The notes under the pieces were generated by a model, which was not told the origin of the DNA, did not search any database, and was given only the letters and a program-made list of their open reading frames with translations. The translations under genes and the position numbers were made by a program. This document shows, piece after piece, positions 37,998 through 47,804 of a DNA stretch of 54,580 nt. How positions within the stretch are numbered: the stretch's first letter is position 1; every line of letters begins with the position of its first letter. This DNA is from Nitrospiraceae bacterium (GTDB lineage Bacteria; Nitrospirota; Nitrospiria; Nitrospirales; Nitrospiraceae), in the NCBI GenBank assembly GCA_037442105.1, contig JBBIQV010000003.1, positions 8,990-63,569 on the forward strand. The letters are read 5' to 3'.

Positions 37998-38840
37998 ATG
38001 ATTCGGTTAACCAAAGGGGGCTTTGATGTGCTGGGTGTGCTTGTCTTGTCCCTGATGTCCTCAGGGTGCGCATTGGTCGCGGTGGATGCAGGGCATGAAG
38101 GGGTGTTGGTCGAAAAGCCGTTCTTCTTTGGGCACGGAGGAGTGGATCCGGTCCCGGTCAAGACAGGGCGCGTCACCGTCGCGGTGACGACACAGGTTAT
38201 CGATGTGGACGTCCGTCCGATTCAATATTCGGAACATTTCGACATCATCTCGGCGGAGAATGCACCGGTCTCGTTCGATGCCTTCCTGATCGCCAACGTC
38301 GTGGAGGGGCGGTCGCCCGAGTTGATCAGTCGTTTCGGCCCGAACTGGTATGCGAATAACGTCAAAGAAGCGTTCCGTACGTTCGTCCGTGAAGAAGTGC
38401 AGAAGTACCCGCTCTTCCAGTTGACGACCGATCCGACCACGAGAACGAAGCTGCAGGACGCCATTGCGCGGGAAGTCCAAAGCAAGCTGATCGAGAAGCA
38501 GAGCATCCCGGTCCACCTGAATCGGATTGTGGTGGGCAGTATCCTTCCGCCCAAGGGCGTCGTCGAGCAGACGACCCAGACGATCATTCAGGAACAGCGA
38601 AAGATCACGATGGTGGAATTTCAGAAGGCGGAGGAAGCGCGAGAGAAGGCAGAAAAACAGCGGGGCATCGCCGATCGCGCCTACCGGGAATCGCTCGGGC
38701 TGACTGCGCCGGAATTCGTGGATCTGCGGCGGATCGAAGTGCAGAAAGAAATCGTCCAACATTCACCGACTGCGCTGACCGTGATCATGGGGCTTGAGCG
38801 ATTCGGGATCAACCTGCCGCCGATCGGGGCGGAGAAGTAA
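37998..38840 (+). CDS. SPFH/band-7 (prohibitin-like) domain lipoprotein
   Basis: Lipobox LMSSGC, SPFH-like core and C-terminal coiled coil (EEAREKAEKQR); strong GAGGAGGAGG RBS at the internal Met. Confidence 0.6.
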   Translation: MIRLTKGGFDVLGVLVLSLMSSGCALVAVDAGHEGVLVEKPFFFGHGGVDPVPVKTGRVTVAVTTQVIDVDVRPIQYSEHFDIISAENAPVSFDAFLIANVVEGRSPELISRFGPNWYANNVKEAFRTFVREEVQKYPLFQLTTDPTTRTKLQDAIAREVQSKLIEKQSIPVHLNRIVVGSILPPKGVVEQTTQTIIQEQRKITMVEFQKAEEAREKAEKQRGIADRAYRESLGLTAPEFVDLRRIEVQKEIVQHSPTALTVIMGLERFGINLPPIGAEK

Positions 38841-38870
38841 GGCGTATGACCGACCCAACGGACTCGGCGG

Positions 38871-39602
38871 TTACTTCACGACCCAGACGCGGTAGGTCTT
38901 TGCGCTCAGGGGTTTCGCGATGCGATGAATACCGATTTCACCGGGATTCATGACATCGTCGCCGGTCATCGTCTTCCGGGCAGGGTAACGGTCGGTTCGA
39001 ATCAACACTCCCTGATCATCATAGAAATCGACCATGAGGTCGGCCGCCTCACGCAAGCTTCCGGCGTAGGCCGTGCCGATCCAGTCCAATCGTTTGATGG
39101 CCTGGTAGATCACTGAAATCGTCCCATCGTTCTCTTCCCGAACGCTCAAGACTCTCAACGCCCTGTTCTGATCAATGACCCCCGGTGTCTGACCCGTCGC
39201 TCCGGTCTGGGCCAGGATGACGTGCGGGAGATCATCGGCTTGGAGCACCGCCTTCACCCTGCAGGACACCGTGCGGCCCTTTTCGGTCTGTTCGAGGATT
39301 TGCTGGTCTTTTACGTACTGTGAGGCAAGCGTGTGAGCGACCTCCCGAAGGAGGGAGGAGTCCACGAGAGGGGCCGTGTGCTCTCGAAACTGGGGCGACG
39401 TCGTGATGGCGAGGCGCAGCGCCTCGCGACAGGCTGTATTTTTGGCGTCAGCGACGGTTTCCGGATCGTGGTAGGTGTAGCGATAGTCTCCGACGAGTTC
39501 GATGCGGCCTGGTTGGGCGCTGACGTTCAGAGCACCGAGGAGATCAGACCCGACTGCGAGCATCGTGACAGCAGCGAGTTTGAGTAATACCGGAGATCTC
39601 AT
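38871..39602 (-). CDS. Secreted hypothetical protein (243 aa)
   Basis: Signal peptide (MLAVGSDLLGALNVSA); no known motif. Confidence 0.45.
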   Translation of the reverse strand: MRSPVLLKLAAVTMLAVGSDLLGALNVSAQPGRIELVGDYRYTYHDPETVADAKNTACREALRLAITTSPQFREHTAPLVDSSLLREVAHTLASQYVKDQQILEQTEKGRTVSCRVKAVLQADDLPHVILAQTGATGQTPGVIDQNRALRVLSVREENDGTISVIYQAIKRLDWIGTAYAGSLREAADLMVDFYDDQGVLIRTDRYPARKTMTGDDVMNPGEIGIHRIAKPLSAKTYRVWVVK

Positions 39603-39787
39603 GAGGGTGCACCTCCTTGTCAGAAAAGACTTCTTTTATGCTACCACGTGACTACAGAGGCAGCAATGAGGCCCGGGGGGGGTGATCAACGTGGACTTGC
39701 ATCTCTCGACAAGCTCGGGGCCAATGATGACTGCAAAGACAACAGGATGCCTTGACTTGCCCACGTTCTTCACTCAGACTCCCTTGC

Positions 39788-42040
39788 ATGGACCAGCAGT
39801 CGGAACAAGACTTACTTGATCTCCTTGCCGAGCGAGCTGGTATTGTTGCCGAGTATTTCGATATTGCCGGTACGCGCCATGTAACCTCACCGGATACCAA
39901 GCTGGCCATCCTCAAAGCAATGGGATTCCAAACGGCGACGCGCGAGGCGTTGCAGGGGGAACTTCGTGCGTGGGAGGAGTCCCCGTGGAAAGCGGCTTGC
40001 GATTCGGTCCATATTGCCCGTGAGGATGACTCGAATAACCGGTGGTTGTTCCGCCTGCCATGCGAGGAAGGCGGGGAACAAGCCGTTCGCGTCGTCTGGG
40101 AGATTCGTCATGAGCAGGGCGAGGTGGTCGCGTCCGGTGAAGCAGGATCGGGCCTTGAAGTCCGGGGCACCGCTGTTATCGACGGCATCCGTTATGTCTG
40201 CCTGGCCGTGCCGCTTCAACCAGGGTTGCCTTGCGGCTACTATGATCTACGGGCCAGTTCATCCGGAACTGCCACCACCATCTCCGGCGCCCTCTGCCTT
40301 ATCATCGCACCGCGACGGTGCTTTGTGCCGCAAGTATTTCTCGATGGTCAGCGGACCTGGGGATTGTCTCTTCAGTTGTATGCGGTGCGGTCCGCTCGAA
40401 ACTGGGGGATCGGAGATTTCCGCGACCTGGCAGAATTGATGGAATGGGCTGGGAAGGAGTTGGGGGCCGGGGTGATCGGCCTCAATCCGTTGCATGCCTT
40501 GAAGAACACCTACCCCTACACGATCAGTCCCTATTCGCCCAACAGCCGGCTGTACACGAATGAGGTGTACCTCGATCTTGAATCGGTCACGGAGTTCAAA
40601 ACTTCCGCTGATGCCCAACGTCTGTATCGAGATCGGGAGTTTCAAGCGAAGCTCGAGCGGCTGAGAAAGAGCGAGTACGTCGACTACGATGCTGTGTCCG
40701 CGCTCAAACGGTCGATCCTTGAACCGATGTACAAGCAATTCCTCCGCGATAATTATGTCGGCAGTGAGCCGTCCCCGTATCCGAAGAGCGCGCGGGGATG
40801 GCTGTTTGAGCGGTATGTACGGGAGGAAGGGGAAGCGCTGGCGCAGTTTGCCCTCTATCAGGCCCTGGATGAGGAGCGACGGCTCGTTCAATCGGTATCA
40901 ACGGTCTGGCAACAATGGCCGGAACAATACCGGTCTCCTCGATCCGTCGCGTCTCGCGAGTTTGCACGCCGTCATTCCAAGCGCATACGCATGTTTCAGT
41001 ATATCCAATGGCTGGGGGCGATGCAGATGAAGGGGCTTGTCGACCGGGCTTGCAGCCTGGGCATGTCCGTCGGGCTGTACCGAGACCTGGCATTGGGGAG
41101 CGATCGGTGCGGGGCGGACGCCTGGATATACCAGGACGTTCTGGCATTGGGGGCCGACTGTGGAGCGCCTCCGGATGCCTTTGCGCCTGCGGGCCAGAAC
41201 TGGGGATTCTCCCCTCTGCACCCGCTGAGGCTTCGAGCGGCGGCCTATCGACCGTTTATCCAACTACTTCGGAAGAATCTCCAGCAAGGCGGCGCGATCA
41301 GGCTCGATCACGTCATGGCCTTGTTCCGCCTGTTTTGGATTCCACGGGGCATGCCGGCGTCGGCGGGGACCTACGTCCACTATCCGGCCGATGACCTGTT
41401 GGCGATCTTGGCGCTGGAAAGCATGCGCGCGCATACGCTTGTGATCGGCGAGGATTTGGGAACGGTGCCGGATTGGGTTCGTGAGCGATTGGCCGAGGCG
41501 CGAGTCATGTCGTACCGCGTGTTTTATTTTGAGCGACAGTGGGACGGCAGTTGGAAGCCGCCGAGCTGGTATCCGCCGGCCTCGCTCGCGGTCGCGACGA
41601 CGCACGATTTGCCGACGTTGGCGGGCTACTGGACCGGCGAGGATGTCCGGGTTCGGGCAAGCGCAAGGCTCTTTTCCGATACACAGGCTGAATCCCGCGC
41701 CTGGGAAGAGCGGCAACGGGAGAAGGGGCTAATTTTGCGCGCGCTGAGGGCCGAAGGGCTGTTACCGGAGGGAGTGACGGAAGATCCCGCGAGCACGCCG
41801 ACGATGAGCCCTGATCTCTGCCGCGCGGTGTATGCCTATCTTGGACGTGCTCCCAGTTGGGTGGTGCTGGTGAGCCTCGACGATCTGATCGGCGAAGTGG
41901 CGCAGACCAACGTGCCCGGGACGGTGGAAGAACACCGCAACTGGTCGCGGAAGCTCGCGCTTGGTCTCGAAGACATCCGACAGGACGAGCGCGGCCCACT
42001 CCTTGCGGCCCTGTTGCGCCGGACCGGGTCGGTTGTGTAA
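39788..42040 (+). CDS. malQ: 4-alpha-glucanotransferase (amylomaltase, GH77) with N-terminal extension domain
   Basis: WGIGDFRDLAELMEWAGKELGAGVIGLNPLHAL and downstream GH77 catalytic blocks (RLDHVMALFRLFWIP, IGEDLGTVP). Confidence 0.85.
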   Translation: MDQQSEQDLLDLLAERAGIVAEYFDIAGTRHVTSPDTKLAILKAMGFQTATREALQGELRAWEESPWKAACDSVHIAREDDSNNRWLFRLPCEEGGEQAVRVVWEIRHEQGEVVASGEAGSGLEVRGTAVIDGIRYVCLAVPLQPGLPCGYYDLRASSSGTATTISGALCLIIAPRRCFVPQVFLDGQRTWGLSLQLYAVRSARNWGIGDFRDLAELMEWAGKELGAGVIGLNPLHALKNTYPYTISPYSPNSRLYTNEVYLDLESVTEFKTSADAQRLYRDREFQAKLERLRKSEYVDYDAVSALKRSILEPMYKQFLRDNYVGSEPSPYPKSARGWLFERYVREEGEALAQFALYQALDEERRLVQSVSTVWQQWPEQYRSPRSVASREFARRHSKRIRMFQYIQWLGAMQMKGLVDRACSLGMSVGLYRDLALGSDRCGADAWIYQDVLALGADCGAPPDAFAPAGQNWGFSPLHPLRLRAAAYRPFIQLLRKNLQQGGAIRLDHVMALFRLFWIPRGMPASAGTYVHYPADDLLAILALESMRAHTLVIGEDLGTVPDWVRERLAEARVMSYRVFYFERQWDGSWKPPSWYPPASLAVATTHDLPTLAGYWTGEDVRVRASARLFSDTQAESRAWEERQREKGLILRALRAEGLLPEGVTEDPASTPTMSPDLCRAVYAYLGRAPSWVVLVSLDDLIGEVAQTNVPGTVEEHRNWSRKLALGLEDIRQDERGPLLAALLRRTGSVV

Positions 42041-42102
42041 GAGAGAGTGTACGTCAGGGAAGCCTCGTTCAACGCATGCCTCCAAGCCGAGCTGCGTGAT
42101 CC

Positions 42103-43257
42103 ATGAAAAAACGTGATCGTCTGGTCCTCATCATTGCGGGAGCGGTGTTTCTCGTGATCGTCGTCCTGGAAACGTTCGTGCCGGCGAACGTGGTCGGGGC
42201 GTACGGCTATGTGCTGCCGATTCTCTTGGTGGCGACCCTGCGGAGCCGGAAGCTGATGGTGGCGACCCTCGCCTTGTGCATAGTGGCTACTTACATCGGC
42301 CTGCTGCGGCCCACCAAGCCGGGGCGTTTCGTCGCGGCCGTGATCAATCGGACGGTCGTGGTGTGCGTCTTGACCGGAGTCGCGTACATCGGGATGACAT
42401 GGGAAGAGCGAAAGGCCCGCGAAGAGGCTGCCAGGGCTGCGCTGGCCCTGCAGACGGAGAATCTGCTCAGGGCGAACGCCCAACTCGTGGAGATCAAGGA
42501 CACACTCAACCGGTCCGAACGCCTGGCTGCCGTGGGGCAACTGGTAGCCTCGGTTGCGCACGAGGTCGGGACCCCGTTGCACTCCATCGCCTGGCATGTC
42601 CAGGCGTTGGGCGAGGAGGTCGGGGTGACACCGGCGATGAAGAAGCGGATCGACATCATCGACGAACAGATCAACCGGGTCGTCCGCATCATCCAGGACT
42701 TGTTGTCGTCCACCCGACAGCGGAAGCCTGAACCGGCATGGACGCCGGTCGGACGTCTCGTCGGGCCGGTGGCGGCGCTGATGGAGCCGGCCTATCATGC
42801 GAAGGGGGTTCGTCTCACGACTGATCCGGTGCCGGACGCTCTTCTGGTGTGGGCCGATCCGGAGCGGATCCATCAGGTGATGGTGAATCTGCTCACCAAC
42901 GCGTTGGCGGCCACGGCGTCGGACGGGGAAGTGCGAATCTCGGTCGGCTCGCGGACGCCATCGAATGAGGAAGTAGACACAGCCAAGCGAACCGGGCAAA
43001 CGACCCTTGATACCATGGTCATACTCGCCGTGCGGGATACGGGGTCCGGCATGCCCAAGGAGGACTTGCAGAAAGCCTTCCAACCGTTTTTCACCACCAA
43101 GGCGGTAGGAAGGGGAACCGGACTGGGCCTGTTTCTCAGCCGGGAAACCGTGATGGCTCATGGCGGTGGTTTGTCGATTGAGAGTGAGGTGGGAAAGGGA
43201 ACCAACGTGGTCATCGCATTGCCAGGACTGAAGGCCAACCGTATGACCGTAGCGTAA
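42103..43257 (+). CDS. Membrane sensor histidine kinase (HisKA + HATPase_c)
   Basis: N-terminal TM helices, H-box [17 protein letters not shown] boxes ([18 protein letters not shown]). Confidence 0.85.
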   Translation: MKKRDRLVLIIAGAVFLVIVVLETFVPANVVGAYGYVLPILLVATLRSRKLMVATLALCIVATYIGLLRPTKPGRFVAAVINRTVVVCVLTGVAYIGMTWEERKAREEAARAALALQTENLLRANAQLVEIKDTLNRSERLAAVGQLVASVAHEVGTPLHSIAWHVQALGEEVGVTPAMKKRIDIIDEQINRVVRIIQDLLSSTRQRKPEPAWTPVGRLVGPVAALMEPAYHAKGVRLTTDPVPDALLVWADPERIHQVMVNLLTNALAATASDGEVRISVGSRTPSNEEVDTAKRTGQTTLDTMVILAVRDTGSGMPKEDLQKAFQPFFTTKAVGRGTGLGLFLSRETVMAHGGGLSIESEVGKGTNVVIALPGLKANRMTVA

Positions 43258-43266
43258 GGAGAACGG

Positions 43267-44676
43267 ATGCAGTCCTCAGCAAGAATTTTCGTAGTGGATG
43301 ATGATGCGGTCGCCCGCGACCTGCTTGCCGAAGCCTTGAAGAGGGAAGGATACGACGTCGAAGCGTTCTCGAGTGGAAGCGAGGCGATCGAACGAGGCCG
43401 CCAGGGGCGAGTCGATGTGGTGCTCACGGATATCCGCATGGGGACTGTAGACGGATTGGCGGTCTTGCGTGAGTTCAAGCGATTCAGTCCGAACACTTCG
43501 ATCGTCCTGCTGACGGCATTTGGGTCATTGGAGGGCGCGATTGAGGCGATCAAGCAGGGGGCCTACGATTATCTGGCCAAGCCGTTCAAGAAAGAGGAAA
43601 TCACGCTCGTCGTGCAACGGAGCTTGGAGCATGCTCGCCTCGTTCGGGAGAATGCGCGGTTTCGGGAAGAGCAGAAAGAGCGTGAAGAGTGGACGTATCT
43701 GGTAGGCAGCAGCCCGGCGATGCTGGAGGTGTACAAGTTGGTCGCGCGTGTGTCGGAAGGGCGGAGCACCGTGTTGCTCGAGGGCGAAAGCGGCACCGGT
43801 AAGGAATTGATTGCCCGGGCCATCCACGCAAACAGCCCGCGATGCGAGCGGCCCTTCATTCCGGTCAACTGCGCGGCGCTGCCCGACACGTTGCTCGAAT
43901 CCGAAATGTTCGGGTACGAGAAAGGGGCCTTTACCGGCGCCACCGGCTCCAAGGCCGGGCTCTTTGAAGCGGCGAACGGCGGGACCCTGTTCCTTGACGA
44001 GATCGGCGACCTTGGACCGGCGCTGCAAGTTAAATTGTTGCGGGTGATGCAAGATCAGGAAGTCCGGCGTGTCGGCGGCACGGGGTCGGTCAAGGTCGAT
44101 GTCCGGATCATTGCAGCGACGAATCGGGATTTAGCCGCCCAGGTGAAAGAGGGGAAGTTCCGCGACGATCTCTACTACCGGCTCAATGTCGTACGGATCG
44201 TGTTACCCTCTCTGGTGGATCGACGCGAAGATATCCCGATGCTCGCACAACATTTCTTGCAGAAGTTCGCTGGAGGTGTGGTGCATCCGGTGAAGGGCTT
44301 TCTGCCGGAAACGATGGCGTTGCTTAAACAGCATCGATGGCCGGGCAACGTTCGGGAACTGGAGAATGCGATTGAGCGTGCGGTATCTCTGAGTCATGGT
44401 CCGTTGCTGATGCCTGATGATCTGCCCGAGGCGATCCGCCAGGGACAGGTCGGCACGGAAGATGTGAGGTCCGTGAAGGGGGAAGCCTCGGGCGAGGCGA
44501 TGCTGACCCTCGAGGAAGTCGAGAAACGGCACTTGATTCGGGTGTTGAAGGAAACCAAGGGTAATAAGGTGAAGGCCGCGAAGATTCTCGGAATCGATCG
44601 ACGGACCCTGTACCGGATGGCAGAACGGTTTGGCCTCGATTTGGGCGAGGACCGGGAGGGAACTGAGGGGGACTAG
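43267..44676 (+). CDS. Sigma-54-dependent Fis-family response regulator (REC - AAA+ sigma54 activator - HTH)
   Basis: REC domain, Walker A GESGTGKE, GAFTGA sigma54-contact motif, C-terminal Fis-type HTH. Confidence 0.9.
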   Translation: MQSSARIFVVDDDAVARDLLAEALKREGYDVEAFSSGSEAIERGRQGRVDVVLTDIRMGTVDGLAVLREFKRFSPNTSIVLLTAFGSLEGAIEAIKQGAYDYLAKPFKKEEITLVVQRSLEHARLVRENARFREEQKEREEWTYLVGSSPAMLEVYKLVARVSEGRSTVLLEGESGTGKELIARAIHANSPRCERPFIPVNCAALPDTLLESEMFGYEKGAFTGATGSKAGLFEAANGGTLFLDEIGDLGPALQVKLLRVMQDQEVRRVGGTGSVKVDVRIIAATNRDLAAQVKEGKFRDDLYYRLNVVRIVLPSLVDRREDIPMLAQHFLQKFAGGVVHPVKGFLPETMALLKQHRWPGNVRELENAIERAVSLSHGPLLMPDDLPEAIRQGQVGTEDVRSVKGEASGEAMLTLEEVEKRHLIRVLKETKGNKVKAAKILGIDRRTLYRMAERFGLDLGEDREGTEGD

Positions 44677-44677
44677 C

Positions 44678-45127
44678 CTATAAAATCTGGAGCTTATTCT
44701 TGATGAGGCGGAGCTGATTCGCGGCGCTCTGCGGCAGGGCGGTCGAAGCGTCTCCCCAGCTCACGAAGAGACCGTCTTTGGATTCGTACATGACGCGGAG
44801 CCTCAGCCGCGTGCCGGTCTCGGGGAGTGGTGTAACGGTCGCTTCTACGCGACTTCTATCAACTCCGAACCGCCAGTGGAGTAACCAATTCCAAGGGCCG
44901 CTGATTTCCTCCCGGTAACCGGTTTTGAGGTTGCCGGTTGAGTCTTCTTCTATTGATCCATATCCCCCCATGGTAAGGACATCGACTAGAGCCTGCTTTA
45001 CGCGATCGGCCGGCATGGGAAACGTTTCTTCGACGATATCGGGAGCAGGCTGCAGGGGAAGACTGGAGCAGCCGCCGAGTAGCGCAGCAGTAGCCACTAA
45101 CATAAGAGTGACAGGGGCGTGCCTCAC
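44678..45127 (-). CDS. Putative lipoprotein (lipobox LLGGC)
   Basis: Signal peptide + Cys; no known motif. Confidence 0.45.
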   Translation of the reverse strand: MRHAPVTLMLVATAALLGGCSSLPLQPAPDIVEETFPMPADRVKQALVDVLTMGGYGSIEEDSTGNLKTGYREEISGPWNWLLHWRFGVDRSRVEATVTPLPETGTRLRLRVMYESKDGLFVSWGDASTALPQSAANQLRLIKNKLQIL

Positions 45128-45378
45128 AGCGGCCTGGATTCCTTTAGCCGGTATACGAGGTGTGTGTCAGTCTGAGCGACACCATCGATCGAATGGATCT
45201 TCGTCAACACCAATTGCGTCAAGGCATCCTGGTCAGGGACTTCGACGACGACAATGATGTCGGGTTTGCCCCAGCAGGGGTCGATCGTTTTGATTTCTTT
45301 GATGTCGGACAACGCGCGTACGACAGCGGTCGTTTGTCCTGGCAACACGTTAATCAACACATAGGCTCGATCAGACAT
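45124..45378 (-). CDS. Stand-alone Lrp/AsnC ligand-binding (RAM) domain protein
   Basis: MSDRAYVLINVLPGQTTAVVRALSDIKEIKTIDPCWGKPDIIVVVEV resembles the AsnC C-terminal domain without an HTH. GGAGAA RBS; the longer upstream in-frame extension (to 45591) is low-complexity. Confidence 0.55.
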   Translation of the reverse strand: MSDRAYVLINVLPGQTTAVVRALSDIKEIKTIDPCWGKPDIIVVVEVPDQDALTQLVLTKIHSIDGVAQTDTHLVYRLKESRPL

Positions 45379-45550
45379 CAACGCTTCTCCATTCGTAGGG
45401 GCCTGAATTGTATACGGAACCGTCTGACTCGCAGTTGGAGAGGAACCGTAGCGGATACCCCGCTCGGAAGTCAATACAGCCGATCCAGGGGTCCTACTCA
45501 ATGTGGGGGAGGCTTCTCGGAACTTGTTAGGTTTCTTCGTCATATTATCC

Positions 45551-47014
45551 TCACTTCGGCGCGACAAGCACCTCGACGGTGTACCGGTCACTCACGCTGG
45601 TCAAATCGGACTCGAATCCTCGGGGATTGCCGATGCGCCCTTCCGGATCATAGACAAAACAAAAGAGCGTGCGGCAGTTCTTTCGTGCAGCGTAGCGTTC
45701 GGAGTCGATCTGCAACTGCTCGGCGATCTCTCGCCCGCCGAGTCCCGGACGTGTTTTCTTGACTACGACAGCGATAGTGTTGTTGGCCAGGAGAAAAGTT
45801 GTTCGGCTTCCTCCTTGGGTATAGCTGGGCGTCCAATCTTCAATCTCGATCTCCTCGAACTCCAGCCGCAGGAGTGCATGGAGGAGATCCTGCACATCGT
45901 ATTCATCCTCGACCTCCAACGTCGCCCGGTATTCTCGGCGCAGGCGCAGTTGTCTGACCACCGCATGAAAGCGGGAGCACAGCGTTCTTACTTGCGCGAT
46001 CAGATCTGACTCAGATCGTGTGTGCCGGACCGGCGCCGGCGATGCCTCGCCACGCAGCTTGGGTATCGGCAGATCTTCGTTGGCGTTCCCGCGCATCGAC
46101 AGATCAGTCGACCCCCCGTTGCCAGGCTCTGGTGATGGCGGCTTCGTTCTCGGTTTAGACGAATCCGCTGGCGCAGGAGTTGAAATCGGAGGATTGTCGT
46201 TCGTTTCCCAGGTCGGCGTGGTTGCGGTGGATGGCAGCGGGGATGCCGCCTGTGATGATGGCGAGGCAGAGTGTTGGGGTGATGATTGGTTCTGAGAATG
46301 CAGCGCCTGTTCCGTCTTCAGCGGCGGTTGCGCAGGGGGCGTTGCTGGTGTTGAAGCGGGCCGAGGTGTTGGAGTGGCTGCGGGACTGATAGCCTGTACC
46401 TCCGCTGCGCGAGGAACCGGGTCCGGAGAGGGGGGAGGCTGGTTCGTGACAGGCGTCGGCGAGGCGGGCGAGGCGGGCGAGGCGCCTAGATTTGTCGTTA
46501 ATGCCACTGACATGGTGACGGGAGCCGGTGTGACAGGGGTTGTTGTCCCCGCTATCGGCGTGATGGTCACCTGTGCAGGAGCGGTAATGGGCGGCACAAG
46601 GGACAGTTGAGGACGAGCCTGAGCGGGTTGCTGGTGTGGAGGTGCTTCAGGTGCAGAAGGGGAAGGCGGCTTCATGCCGAGCAAGCCAAGCTTGCGGTTC
46701 TCAAGTGAAGCGATCAGTTCTTTCAACAGCGCAATGCTGTGCGCCATCTCCGCCTGGTTATTAGTGCGAAGCTTGTGGGTCTTGTAGGTTTGGTATTCGG
46801 ACGATTTCTCCCCAAAGATGCGTCTGATGCTGTCACGAATGTGCAGTTCAGCCCGTGCGCGTACCGCATCGCGGTAGGGAAAGCCCTCCCGACTAAGGTC
46901 CTCGACTTGCCCGAGCAGTTCCTGGAACTTTTCGATGCCGCGGGTGAGTTCTTCCACGGCGATCGCATTCTTGGATTTTCCCCGCGCTTGTTCGGCAGAT
47001 CTTGATCGTGACAT
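45551..47014 (-). CDS. Hypothetical 487-aa protein: helical N-terminal domain, ~230-aa Pro/Thr/Ala/Ser-rich linker, ~150-aa C-terminal globular domain of unknown type
   Basis: GGAG RBS; strongly biased linker (PTPVTNQPPPSPDPVP...); C-terminal domain with acidic cluster EVEDEYDVQD...EFEEIEIED followed by a VVVKK strand. Confidence 0.6.
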   Translation of the reverse strand: MSRSRSAEQARGKSKNAIAVEELTRGIEKFQELLGQVEDLSREGFPYRDAVRARAELHIRDSIRRIFGEKSSEYQTYKTHKLRTNNQAEMAHSIALLKELIASLENRKLGLLGMKPPSPSAPEAPPHQQPAQARPQLSLVPPITAPAQVTITPIAGTTTPVTPAPVTMSVALTTNLGASPASPASPTPVTNQPPPSPDPVPRAAEVQAISPAATPTPRPASTPATPPAQPPLKTEQALHSQNQSSPQHSASPSSQAASPLPSTATTPTWETNDNPPISTPAPADSSKPRTKPPSPEPGNGGSTDLSMRGNANEDLPIPKLRGEASPAPVRHTRSESDLIAQVRTLCSRFHAVVRQLRLRREYRATLEVEDEYDVQDLLHALLRLEFEEIEIEDWTPSYTQGGSRTTFLLANNTIAVVVKKTRPGLGGREIAEQLQIDSERYAARKNCRTLFCFVYDPEGRIGNPRGFESDLTSVSDRYTVEVLVAPK

Positions 47015-47117
47015 CCCGCGAGCTCCGACGGGGAAAGTCTAACTGATGGTCGGAAGGCTGGCAAGGAAAGCGGGATTACGCGCATGCATGGAGCGTGGCG
47101 TGGCTTGCTCAGCCAGG

Positions 47118-47495
47118 CTACGGGTCCTGACCGTTGGTGGCGGAGAAGGCGCTTAAGCCGGAGAGCGTGAATCTGTTCACGAGCGACGTGACGAATTGAT
47201 TGAGTCGTACCACCTCCTCGGGTTGGATGGTACCGATCTGCAATCCGAACTCCTGCCCTTTCAGCCATTGCACGGTCGCACGGTCCACTTCGACCGGCCT
47301 GATCTGGTCCGGCAGAAACAAACGAAGGGCAATGGTCATACCAGGAAACACCGGGTGGTCACCGCTTGCCCGCCAGCCACCGGCAGAGAGATTCCACAGC
47401 ATCCCTTGTCCGACAAACCCGTCGCCCTGGTAGTAGAAAGGACAGCAAACCGGAAACCGACGGTAAGTTCGCAAGTGGAATCGAGTGCTGATCAC
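47118..47495 (-). CDS. PilZ domain protein (c-di-GMP-binding-type)
   Basis: RRFPV ... NLSAGG ... EFGLQ pattern consistent with the PilZ RxxxR / (D/N)xSxxG motifs. Confidence 0.65.
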   Translation of the reverse strand: MISTRFHLRTYRRFPVCCPFYYQGDGFVGQGMLWNLSAGGWRASGDHPVFPGMTIALRLFLPDQIRPVEVDRATVQWLKGQEFGLQIGTIQPEEVVRLNQFVTSLVNRFTLSGLSAFSATNGQDP

Positions 47496-47531
47496 GGACG
47501 AACCTCCCTTTCTGGTGGTCGGTCTCTGCCG

Positions 47532-47705
47532 TTACAGCCGCTCTCTGAGACGCGGCGCTCTCGGAAGCAGCAAACCTCGAACCCGGCGGTTTGCCGCTAC
47601 CCGAAAAGAACGATGATGCCGAATCATCTCGATGAGGCGCGCCGCAAGAAACGCACAACCACCGGAGAAACCGACAAGCCCGAGGACTTCAACCAGACTC
47701 AGCAT
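47532..47705 (-). CDS. Possible small membrane protein (57 aa)
   Basis: ORF with GGAG 9 nt upstream of ATG; one hydrophobic helix; sits between the PilZ and LuxR-type regulator genes. Confidence 0.2.
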   Translation of the reverse strand: MLSLVEVLGLVGFSGGCAFLAARLIEMIRHHRSFRVAANRRVRGLLLPRAPRLRERL

Positions 47706-47804
47706 GACCACATCTCCACGCTGCTGAAATCCAGAATACGCCTGCATCCTTCAAGACGGTATTCCCTGAAGGGAGTACCGCAAAAGGTGCATGGACCGGA
47801 GTGG

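Noticed and set aside
41836-43161. 441-aa minus-strand ORF
   Set aside because: Antisense to the malQ 3' end and the sensor kinase gene; His/Arg/Pro-rich nonsense translation.
46458-46484. Possible CRISPR-like or minisatellite array
   Set aside because: Only three 9-bp units and they are in-frame coding repeats inside the PT-rich linker; no spacers. No CRISPR arrays were seen anywhere in the window.
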